This document shows, piece by piece, positions 12,103-24,099 of a stretch of 64,000 nt of DNA. Positions within the stretch are counted from its first letter, which is position 1. Every line of letters starts with the position of its first letter. Below the pieces are notes generated by a model, which searched no databases, was not told the DNA's origin, and saw nothing but the letters and a program-made list of their open reading frames with translations. Source of the stretch: Psilocybe cubensis (lineage: Eukaryota); NCBI GenBank assembly GCA_017499595.2, contig CM039002.1, forward strand, positions 2,790,001-2,854,000, given 5' to 3'. A program made the translations under genes and the position numbers.

Positions 12103-15100
12103 ATGCTCGCCGCATCACTTCATTTCTACGCTCTTTTTATTTTAGTTTCTGGTTGGGGTGAGTTATCTTCTCCTTATGTGTACTGTGTATGATCTGACAT
12201 TTGTCGCTATTTTGTAGGAATCCTATGTGGCCACATACAATGTTGCATTAATGTACACTCCTTGAACGCATCCAATTATGCTGGTGATTCTCGAACAATA
12301 TCGATGCTTAGTAGTTGTATAGCTGTCAATCAACAGTTGTTTAAAACAAATAATTGGTCAATAGACTTTTGCTTACCCTGTGGGGAATTTCCAACCTACG
12401 ATGTTCGATTTCCTGGCAATAATCTATTGCGTAGTCGTACATGTACTAGATCTAGCAGCGTATCAAGTGGGCACAAAGTTTGTAGAGTGCGTCTTACTGT
12501 AGTATTAGTTCATGTTATGCATTGCTTGAATCGTACTACTACGTCCGCTTCTGAGATACCCGTCAAACAGTCCCACTCGTATGGAAATGTGCGTTTGTTG
12601 CACTCGCAATTTCGCCGCTTCATATATATTGATTGTCATTCAATGTCGGCTTATTTGTGGTTAAGATTCACGCCTGCAACGTATACACGTAGAGTTTCTA
12701 TTTTAGTATCTCTGTTGCTCCAACGTAATCATCTCAGGAAGTGGGAATATAATAGGTGCCTGGTAGCCATTTTGCCAAGATGCGCCTTGCATCAATTCAC
12801 GCTCGACAGACATTACACGCAACCTCGTCTTTGGTCAGAGAAATATCCCTTCATTAATATAGTATCGAAGGGCGTTCTAATGTATCCGTTTCAGTGTTCC
12901 TGGTTATTCGGTCTCAACTATTTCCACTACATCTCATTTACTGCTAATGTTTCTGAATGCTCATACTATCATCCTTCCGATGTCTTGCAAGGCGGAGGTG
13001 GCGGTGTTTCAAAGGTTGTCAGCTCAGAGATTTTGCGATACCGTGTGGTACAAGATACGGGATGTGCCTCCGTTCAAGCTAAAACTAAATACAGATTTGT
13101 GAAGTACCTTGCTACAGACGCTCACATTTCAACTTCCATTGACAATATATCTGATTTAATAGTTGCTAGGTTCTCTCTCTTTGACACTGCTAGTTGGCTG
13201 TCTGTTTCTGAAATTAGGTCTATTGCAAGTTTACATGGAGTGTACGGCATCAATTCAACCACAAATAGAGGCAATGCCATTGAACTTTTGCGTGATCATG
13301 TGTGCGGAACTTGCCTTCGTAATGTCTGTATTTTTGAACGTGTGGTATCAGTGTCAGATAGAAAAATTAAGAGCAATTCATCTTCTTGTAATCCAGATCG
13401 GCAGTTTGAACTTACAGACAGTGCTGTAAATTTTTCTCGCTTCGTTTCATCTGCTTTAATAGAAAGTCATATTGTACCCTATAGTGGCACAGCATCGTTT
13501 AATTATAGTGATACATACAAGTTCGTTAGGTATATGCCGTACATACGTGATTTAGAGTCATTTCTCTCTGCCGAAGCGTCCGCACCCCACAAACGCCGTC
13601 TAGTTCTTTGTCGATTTTCTATACAAAGTGCAACCAAATGGCTCACTTCAAGCGAGCTTCGGGATGTACTGAAAGAACACGGTATTACATCATTTAATTC
13701 CAAGACCAAAAAATCTGCTCTGATAAAATTAACAGATGGTCATGAATGTGGTATATGTTCCACTCATTTATATATCTTTGAGGCAATACCTAGTACAGTC
13801 AATTCAGAAGAGTCAATCATGCATAATCGTAACCAAAATGTTCTACATAAACGAGCATCTCGAGAACGTCAGAGGCAGGCAGGCGCAGAATCTGCTAATT
13901 CCGATGTTGACATGCTCAACGGTGATGCTTTTGTATCCACATCAGACTCTGACCACACTTCAAACGACCATGTGTTTCCGCCACAACCACCGTCAAAGCT
14001 TCTGATAGAGGAAATCATCAATGGATTTTGCGCTGATTCATCTGCATCTCTACTGGAGGAAGCAGGCTGCATGGTCTGCGGTCTGCTGCAGCCTTTGCAT
14101 AATTTAACTCACTTGTCTATGTTTGATCATCCCCTTGACATACTCGCAGTTGAGGGAGCTACCCGTGTAGAGAGATTACATCCTGACGACCCGGTGAAGG
14201 ACATCCCGGGCCCTGTGATCGATCCTGCATGTAACCATGTATGCGATACTTGCTCTGCTGCGTTGAAAAAAGGTCATGTGCCGAGACATTCGCTTGCAAA
14301 TCATTTGTGGTTAGGTAAAATACCTTCTCAGCTGCAAGATCTTTCGTTTGCAGAGCGCATGATGATTGCTCGCATTCGGCATAATCGCTGTCTGGTCAGA
14401 GTTTCCTCTGGGCGGGCTAAAATGACAGCAAATGTCATCATGTACTCTAATCCAACGCTGAAAGTGTATCATGAATTACCTCCTTCAAAGCCAGAACTTG
14501 ACGAGGTACTTGCCTTTATATTTACAGGACCAACCCAACCCACGGAAGAAGAGTTCAAGCGTAGTCCAATGCTAGTGCGTCGCAATAAGGTCGCAGATGC
14601 TCTGGAATGGTTGAAACTTAACCATAAGGATTATATTGATCTTGAAATATCCAAGAAAAATCTCCAGTCTTACCCGCTGATAGGTGTCCCCGTAGCTGTA
14701 GACTACAGACAGCGCAACGGTACTAATCGTATGGAGTCTACAATGAGTCTACACGACGAAGGCGAAGATGAAGGAACTGTAGACGGACCTTGTCCGTTTA
14801 CTGTCCATGGCTTGAGTGGAACAGACTATGGCAATATGTCCATACAAGCTTTGAAGGCAAAAGCCTTGCAACACATAGAAAATGAAGGCAAAATGCTAGC
14901 TATTGGGCATGATCCAAAACCGCAGTCTATGTACGATAATCCTCAGGCCTATCCGCAGATGTTCCCTTGGCTATTTCCTTACGGTTATGGTGGAATAGGT
15001 CAGCATTGTCATAAGCGTAAACTTTCAGAGTCAGAACATAAGCGAATACTGCTTATGCACCATGATAAGCGTTTCCAGCGCGACCTTTATTTTCCTATTA

Positions 15101-18100
15101 TTGCATTCAATCACGAGCAACTGAAAGGTGGCGTTACTGGTAGCTTTCTTGTTGCAAAACGCCGTAATTTTGATGCGATATCTAAAAGATTGCTCTCTAT
15201 AGACAAAACGGTTCTTCAAGACATTTCCTCTCGTCTTGTAAATGGGGACCATGTATCACCTGAAACAGACAGTGAGAAAGACTGTTACAAACTTTTAGAT
15301 GATCTTGACCACGTTGGAGGATATGTTAAAGGGTCAATCACGTCTAAAAAGTATATGCGCAATGAGATATGGTCTTTGCTTTCTTTCAAAGGTTGCCCAA
15401 TATGGTTTATAACCTTGTCACCTGCCGATAACAGACATCCTATATCAATATATTATGCCAAAGAACAGCTGACCTTTACACCAGACATATTACCTTCTTC
15501 TGAAAGGAATAGACTGGTTGCACAGAATCCCGTATCGGCTGCCCGTTTTTTTCATCTCATAATTGAATTGTTTATTAAACACGTGCTAGGCGTCGGATCC
15601 AATATTCATCGAGGTTTGTATGGTAAAACTTCAGCGTACTATGGTACGGTAGAACAGCAGGGAAGACTCACCTTACATTTGCATATGTTACTATGGATTG
15701 AGAATTGCTTGTCTCCACAGCAAATCCGTGACCGTATTATGAACAACGACTCTGCATTTCAGGCGAGCCTTCTATCATATTTGGAAGGCTGTCATCAAGG
15801 CGAATTTCTTACAGGAAACATGCAGACTGTTAAAGACCGCGTGCCACATATTTACGACAAAGAAATTGATGGACTTCATTCAATTATACAAGAGGATGAC
15901 GAGGCTGTAAATTCCAGTTACGCAGATCCGACTCTAACACTCCCTATACCGGTAGAACATGCTTGTCAAGATTCCAATGGTCCGGACCACTGCACATCAT
16001 GCATTTCTAATGCTGAATGGTGGGACAATTACGAAACTACAGTCGATGATATCATATTGAAGTCCAATGTGCACAGATGCACTGTTTCATACGGTCAGCA
16101 AATTGATGACCCTGACGGATCAAAAGGTATAAAAAATATGCCTAAGGGCCCGAAAGGTTGCCTGGATTGGAATGGAAATTGTAAAGCACGATTTCCGCGA
16201 AGGCTGTACGAACAGTCTCAAGTCGATCACGTCGACGGTCACATATTTTTGAAAAAGTTGGAAGCGATGTTAAATACCTTTACTCTTCCGCTGTCGTACC
16301 TCACAAGAAGTAATACCGACGTGACATGTCTGTTGTCGGGTACTTCGATAAAAGCAATAATATATTATATATCAGACTATATTAGCAAACCCGCATTGAA
16401 AACGTATCAGATATTTACCTCTATGTATGACGTGTTTGAACGTGAAGAAAAAAAAGTTAAAGACGATGTCAAGATTGAAGGTAAAGACGCAGGCAGAAGG
16501 TTGATGCTTAAAATTGTCAACTCTCTGTCTTCTAAGATGGAGATAGGTTCTCCGATGGCCTCCTTGTATTTATTGGGCAACCCTGATCATTACACTGATC
16601 ATACCTTTGTACCTTTTTGGTGGAGAAGTTTTGTAAGTGACGCAAGGAGCAGTCATAAATCCGGTATCACTGATGACCAAGCCGCCCACCTACCTACCGT
16701 AGAGGATCTAGAAAATGCTGAAGATGAAGAACAGAAAGTTATATTAGCTCGACATGACGGTCATTATGTAGGTTCTAGTAATGTAGATGATTATAAATAC
16801 CGCCCAGTCACTCAAGAAGACATGTCTCTATTCGACTGGATTAGATCTTATGAGCGCCGTAAGCTCACTAAAAATGAAATGGAGCGTTTGCGTAGTGAAA
16901 CACTCACCTTCGAAGATGATCATGCGTCCGACATACGTGAAGGCGGGGGGATGGAAGATTTCATTGATGCATGTCTTGGTATACCTGCAGATGATGATTC
17001 TGATCAACGTGTTAAATATGACGGTGTGCGAAAAAATATTAAAATAAACAAAAGAAGTTTTGAACGTTTCACTGAGGAGCACCCTCTTTATTCCACTCAC
17101 GTAGTCAAATGTGACTCATCCCGAGCGCACAATATTGTCCCCAATTTTCTAGGCGGTCCCCTTCCACGGCGCGACAAAGGCGACAGAGAGTATTATTGTT
17201 GCAGTATGCTGACCTTGTTCAAACCTTGGAGGTCTGGGTTAGATTTGAAATCATTGCATCAGACTTGGGAACATGCATTCACCATTTACGCTTTTTCCGA
17301 CCGACAGTTGAAACTAATGGATAACTTTAATCTGCGATATGAATGTTTAGACGACAGAGACGATTTTCACGCACAGTTAAGAAGGAAAGACGGAGAACAA
17401 CAAGATGTTTACACGGATGAACTCTATCCTGATGGTTGCGGTCTCGACGATCAATACAACGACTTTGTCGGCCTTGAATTCGGTGAAGATCATTTAGATT
17501 ATGAAGAGATTGGTGAGGCATACCGCAGAGAGGTGTTGTTAAAGCGAGAAGTAGATGGCATCATACAATCTGCAGGATTGTTTTCTAACGCCTCTAGCGA
17601 TGTTACATGTCAAGAAGTCAGCATGTTCAGGCCTGCTGAATACAAGACGCATACGAGCTGGGCATCTCTAATAAAAGCTGAAAAAATTAGACTGTTTAAA
17701 CAGAAGTTGTCCGGTTACGTGCCTTCAGATCCCTCAGATGATATAACAAACATTCATATTTCCAACGAAGAGTCTACTAATGACGTCAAAGTAGTTTCTT
17801 CGGATTATCTGCTCAGGTCGTACAAGGCAAAGCAAATGGAACATAATGTGTTAGTAGATTCTACAGTCGCCGATTTCACCTTGAATACGGAACAGGAAAG
17901 GGCTTTCCGTATTGTTGCCAATCACGCTAGTTTGCTGTCGCCTGGTCAGCTGAGGATGCATCTCGGTGGCATGGGCGGTACTGGCAAAAGTCAAGTGATC
18001 AAATCTATCATTCATATGTTTGAGTCGAGAGGCGAATCTCACCGATTTGTGGTTCTCGCACCCACAGGTACCGCTGCTGCACTCCTCAACGGATCTACTT

Positions 18101-20619
18101 ATCACAGTGTATTAGGAATACGGTCCAAGTCGGATCGTGGTCAAGACTTTTCAAAAAACGAAGTCGCAGTAATAAATGACGTACGAGCTCGATTAAAGGG
18201 TGTCAAGTATATCTTTATTGATGAAATATCTATGCTGTCGTCGAGGGATTTATATGCCATTAGTAGACGTCTGTCACAAGTGTTTAACGACGATACACTG
18301 TTCGGAGGTATATCAATGATCTTAGCTGGTGACTTCGCTCAGCTACCGCCGGTAGGTAATCTCCCCTTTTATAGTCCTTCCATTAAACATACGCAAGACG
18401 CTCGCATGAAGGTGTCCGAGCAAGAAGCTACTCTAGGCAAGATATTCTGGCACCAATTCACGACTGTCGTTATTCTAAAACAAAACATGAGACAAAAAAC
18501 GCAGACTGAGGAAGACGCAAAGTTGCGCACTGCACTTGAAAACATGCGGTATGCCGCCTGTACAGACGCTGATATATCGTTCCTCAAGTCAAGGTTAGCT
18601 TCTAAACTGACGACTATTGAAGGTAAACCTATATTGACTGACCCTGCTTTTCGCAACGTATCTGTTATCACTGCGTGGAATAATCAAAAGGATAGGTTCA
18701 ATGAGCAGGGCATCGCAAGATACGCTAAAGAGAGCGGACGTACATTGCATCATTTTTTCTCTGTCGATAGTCTGGGTACACAAGAAGGAGAAACTCGCAG
18801 GCCTCGCGGACGACCATCAGGATCGTCTAAAGCAACCAAACAGACAAAGATGTCCCAGCGTCTTCAGGAAGCCCTATGGGGTCGCAGCGCCTGTTCTAGC
18901 GAACAAGTGCCAGCAAAACTTTCTCTGTGCGTAGGTCTGCCAGTTATGATACGGCATAACGACGCCACAGAGTTGTGTATCACTAAAGGACAGGAGGCTG
19001 TCGTCGTAGGATGGGAATCTTCTGTTGGTGCGTTTGGTAGACCTGTACTTGATACGCTGTTCGTGGAATTAATCAGACCGCCGAACCCTGTATCATTAGC
19101 TGACTTGCCTGTTAATGTTGTTCCACTTACGCGAACGTCGTCTCGAGTAACATGTACTCTCAAGTCTGGCACAAAAATCAATGTAAACCGCCAGCAGGTA
19201 TTAGTGCTGCCCAATTTTGCCATGACCGATTATTCGTCTCAAGGTAAGACGCGAGATTATAACTTGATACATTTAGATCATTGTAAGGATCATTCGTCTT
19301 ATTACACCTGTGTATCTAGAAGTTCGAACGCCAGTGGTACCATCTTACTCGGTAGATTCGATGCGTCTAAGATTACAAAGGGTATTAGTGGGCACCTGCG
19401 CCAGGAATTCCGTGAACTCAATATATTAGATCATATCACCACCATGAAATACAATGGACAGCTTCCAGACGGCGTGTTGCATGGATTAAGGAATCCGACA
19501 ATTCGGTCTTTCATGCTTCTCGACGTATCGCAATCCATTGGTACAGACTGGCATCCTACCTTGGCAGTCTCTTCATCAAAGCAGCTTATCAGAACTCCGG
19601 AAAAGGACGGCACCTGGTCTCTCAACAGTGTTAAGGCAATTGTCACCGACAGGGCAAAAGATAAGCGCAATAAGCGCCAACCAATTCGCTCAGACTGTAT
19701 AGGACCGAGGAAACGAATGTTGCTAAGCACACCCTCCGAGTTTGCGGTCCTACCTGTAGGTACAAAGTGGGACGCGGACAACTACAGTTGCAGTTACGAC
19801 TCCATCTTTACCGTGTTATATAACCTATGGATAAGTGCACCTGAGATGTGGACCAATAGATTCAGTGATTTGACACCGTTATTAGACAGACTCAGCGGAC
19901 AATTCGCACTTGTGCAGAATGGATCAATTTCTCTAGAGAGCGCACGAAACGACGTCAGAAACGATATGCACTCACGCAGCCCGCTTGATTTTCCTATGGG
20001 TCCAAATATGACATACATTGACAGAGTTATGACCGCTGTGATGGGCCAGCGATCTTCTGGAATGTCTGTTCTCGTGTGCAGTAAATGCGGCTACAATGAC
20101 CAAAGACCCGTAATGCGACTAGGCGAATATATAAGTGTGGCACGCACTGGCGTTTTCCACGACGACTCCCAGGAGGTGTCTTCTATTTCAGACAGTTTAG
20201 GTTTTAACCTGAGCGATGCTCAACGATTGAGTTCGAAGAATTGCCCTTCGTGTGCACAAAATCAGCATATCGTATATATGTCGCTATGCCATAAGGTTGA
20301 ACGATTACCTTACATTATGACAGTGGATATATGCTCGCCACGGTTTGCTATAAACCCTGATATTATGTTCAAATCGGATAGTTTCAACGTAGAGTATAAG
20401 CTTACTGGGGTTGTCTACGGCGGGCAACATCATTTTGTTTCTCGGTATGTTGACCTGCAAGGGGACGTGTGGTTCCACGACGGCATTACTACTGGAAATA
20501 GATGCGTAAAGGAGGGTAATGTTCATGACCTTGTTAATGATGTATCTCAATGGCTACGCATTTCCGTAAATGGGGGAAACTTGAAACATGCATTGTATGC
20601 TATTTACGCGAGGGAATAA
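12103..20619 (+). CDS. Helitron RepHel protein (DUF6570-like + HUH Rep + Pif1 helicase + C-terminal USP-like peptidase); exon 1 12103-12157, intron 12158-12217, exon 2 12218-20619
   Basis: 8.4-kb stop-free ORF. Rep motifs PIWFITLSPAD, YYGTVEQQGRLTLHLHMLLW (HUH) and YYISDYISK; Pif1 motifs GMGGTGKS, LAPTGTAA, IFIDEISM, GDFAQLPPV, QNMRQ, FAMTDYSSQGKT, YTCVSR; DUF6570-like LANHLWLGKIP..LQDLSFAE and VRRNKVADALEWLKLNH; C-terminal NYSCSYDS and HHFVSRY..WFHDG. Confidence 0.92.
13015..13790 (+). repeat. Internal ~140-aa domain duplication in RepHel (helix-extended-helix-like segment plus H-x-C-x2-C)
   Basis: Copy 1 KYRFVKY...ARFSL..TASWLSVSEIRSIASLHGV..INS...LLRDHVCGTCLRNVCIFE; copy 2 TYKFVRY...CRFSI..ATKWLTSSELRDVLKEHGI..FNS...LTDGHECGICSTHLYIFE. 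Confidence 0.75.
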
Positions 20620-21221
20620 GATGAAAATTTATCCAAAGTGTTTTATGGTTATGGAGGCCTCAGTTGATACATGCTCAGATAACAACTGTTTATATTCATA
20701 TCAGTATGGTATTTATCGTTCGATAGTGTCGCAGCGTATCAGTCTATTAGACTCAGCTGTATAATCTGAACCCATAGACTACATTGCATCGAGCATCGTG
20801 TGGTTGAAAGGACGATCCAAAAGCGTGGGAGAATGTCGTACATGTTCCTTTAATACCTTCGCATCAAAGGGATATCGGAACTTGCCGAAATTTCGTTCAC
20901 CGCTCTGTTTAAGAACTGTGCCTATCCGACTTGAACACCTTTTTCGACGTTGTCATTTGCTGCCACATCGTACCAGTATTCGTATCTTCAAGGCTAATAT
21001 ACAATATTTGTTAGGCTGTAGGTTATATTACGATATATGATAGAAATATTGATGGTATTCTAAATGTGTTCAAATCGATAGTTCATTTTGAAGAACACCT
21101 TAAACCTGTCAGCGACTGCTTTGCAGAGTCGTTGCTTTAGTATGTCTATATCTACTCACGCAATGCTATACATATAAACGGCAAATTTTTAATTTTTTTT
21201 CTGCTTCTTTTTAGACTACCT

Positions 21222-23925
21222 ATGGCTCCCAACCCATTCTTGGACTTAGAAGCGAATGTCGATCACGGAGATTCAGAGGATGGTTCAGCCGAATCTGACG
21301 AATTTGGTGCGCATAATATTTCGTTTTACTCAGTCTCATGTCATTCCAACATACGAGATAAACCAAATTTACTCGCAGAATGCTTCATCGACGACGGAAC
21401 TCAATCCCATGAAGATTGTGACGGTTCATCATCTGTGGCAATGGACAAACCCATTCCTGTTACAAAGAGAGACCGACTGGCCCTCGTAATTCAACAAATT
21501 GAAGAGAGAACACGTGGTAGATCTCACTCACTGCCCGCCTCTGATATGTACCGGGGTGTGGAACCATTGTATTCAAACGCTGACAATCCTACTGTTTTGT
21601 CACCGCACGGAAACACTGATTCGGGCTTCGAAAATCTGCCCACGGACTATCCTACATGGAGGATTGGATGTAAAGTAAGTTTAATACCATCGAATTAAAT
21701 TTGTGTGTTGCCAACCATATCGATGAACAATACGTAAGGTCGGATACGAAGAAATCGCGGTCGCTTCTTTACTCAAAAACTCGCGCCGAGAACATCATAT
21801 TCGGTCCGCGTTTTCACGCAGTTCTGTACATGGATACATATACTTGGAATGTTTGATGGATCAGCCTATGATTGACCTTATCAAAAGATCGCCCGGCATC
21901 ATCGTAAAAACTACGGACGTGCTCCTGAGTCCGATCGATAAGAATGAGGCTCAGCAACTGTTGTACATGGGAGGGGACATTACGAACCTATCGGTCGGAA
22001 AATGGCTCAAGGTTAAACGAGGTGTATACAAAGGCGATGTAGGCTTTGTCGTTTCGAAAGGATCGTGGGGGGTGTCAATGCTTATGATCCCCCGTTACGA
22101 GTACGTGTCCACCAAAACGAAGTCATCTCGTAAACGGAAGACATACACTGCGGTGCCCGCGCCTAAGCTATTCGATCCGACAGGCCTTCGTAACTCTCAT
22201 TTATACATAGAATCAGGCAGAGCATCTGTCTATCGCGTAGGTGATCTGATCTTTGAGCATGGTTTGGCCCGGGTGGACTACGATCCCAGACACGTTGCCT
22301 CATGTCGTGAAGGTCTGAGTTACGTGACGTATACATCATTTTGTATGAGTGGGCATCCCGCACTCCATCACGCGCCGATACCAAAGCCAAAGGAATGGAT
22401 CATGCGAACCATGGAATGGGTGGTAATGAGATCTACAGGTTGGCTCGGAGTCATTGCGCAAGCCGACGACGATAATATGGTCGATGTCGATATATACAAC
22501 AAAGGCTGCGACCATGACGAAACTGGTCAACATTACAACGAAACTGAAATCCACAGAGTTGATACAACTACGACCCAGCTGTTGACAACAATACGCACCG
22601 TATGGAGTGACATCTTAAAACATTTCGAAATAGGGGATTACGTAGGGGTTGACGCTGGCGTTAATGCTGGACGATCGGGTTGGGTCGTGGACATCAAGGG
22701 AGATGAAATACAACTAATCGATAAGCAAGGCACTACAAAAGACCAGCAAATCAATACAGCCGACTCGATGTTGGAGGCAAGTATTTGTCATTTAACCGTA
22801 TATATACTCTGGCTCATGCATACATCTCAGATTATATATATGCACAGGAATTTCGTTTCTCTGGGAGATGCGACGACATGTCAGCCTTCATCGCTCCTCG
22901 CGCTTATCCCAACATCACACACGACCCGATATCATCGTTGGAAAGGTGTAACTGTGATAGTGAGCAAGGTACATCATACGTTCAAAGGCTTAATCGGCAT
23001 TGTCGCCGAGGTACTACAGTCCGTAAGCCCAAGAACAGGTCAACCTGAGTTGCGTTTAGTTGTAGAGCCGACTCGATATGATCCGTCGAATCCCTTCAAG
23101 AAAATTGTTTTGAACAGAGACGACGTACTGGAATACAGGTAAGCGTATTTCATTTACCGATTTGTACTCGCGCTCACGGCTTGTAGTACCTTTGAGCCTC
23201 TAAGCCTGTCGAAGACGTATGATTCGAACGCTGTCCACCAGTCTCGTAACTTCGCCAACCCATCGATCATAATAACCACAGGAACTGAAAGCGCTGACAG
23301 TGGCAGACATACACCATTGCCTGATACTATTGAGGACACCTCGCCTGCGTGGGATCCATCTGACCATTCAGAAGATTTAACAAGCATTAGCATAGGAACC
23401 GTCGTCGTAAATTCAAGCGACGGTACCAACGTTGCATCTTTAACCACTCCTTGTAATCTTTTGTTGAAACGAGAGCTGATTGGAGTTCCTTTGACGGTGG
23501 AAGAGGCAACCGTCGATGGACACGTTTCTCCGTTGTTTGTAATCGTTCAGGAGGACGTGGATGGGCAGCTGTGCATGATGCGATTTACACCCAATTCGAA
23601 GCGGACGTTACGGATTGAATCGACCCATATAAAGCCCAAACATCCTACCATCAAGCACGACTTTGGGTTATTAGCCATCATTGAAGGAGAACACGCGGGT
23701 AAATGCGTCAGACGTGTGCATTCTAGGAAGGATACCAATGGCGTGGTATTGGTGGTCAAACAAGTACTGCCCACTGATCGAGGAGCTGATCAAATAGTGG
23801 ATGGCGAGCTATTGACGCCAACCGAAAATTGTTGTGTGGCCTATGAAACTCAAAAGAGAAAGAATGCTAATCGGAATCAGATGAGACACGAACACGATAT
23901 TTACATTAGTACTCATTTGCCATAA
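21222..23925 (+). CDS. Spt5-like protein (acidic N-terminus, NGN domain, multiple KOW motifs), element-borne, about 5 exons
   Basis: NPFLDLEANVD...FIDD acidic N-terminus; TWRIGCK/VGYEEIAV...IRSAFSRSSVHGYIYLE (NGN); KOW-like GKWLKVKRGVYKGDVGFV, GDYVGVDAGVNAGRSGWVVDI, TFKGLIGIV, IIEGEHAGK; TSPAWDP resembles an Spt5 C-terminal repeat unit. Confidence 0.78.
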
Positions 23926-24099
23926 TTGTTTACTGTATGTCATATGTGTTGTATGCTCTACAATGTAACCAATACAGACATCCTCATCAACGAGTTATAA
24001 AATATATATATAGCATGCAACTATCTATATAACACTGAACATTCATGTATCGACTGCGCTAATTGTGTGGATTGATACCATGCACTGGCATACGGTTTA

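Noticed and set aside
13163-20550. Short antisense and alternate-frame ORFs within RepHel
   Set aside because: Shadow ORFs of a long coding sequence with no independent support.
12103-20619. Endogenous ssDNA virus or Starship element
   Set aside because: No capsid protein, SF3 helicase or tyrosine recombinase is recognisable; Rep plus Pif1 and the 3' hairpin fit a Helitron.
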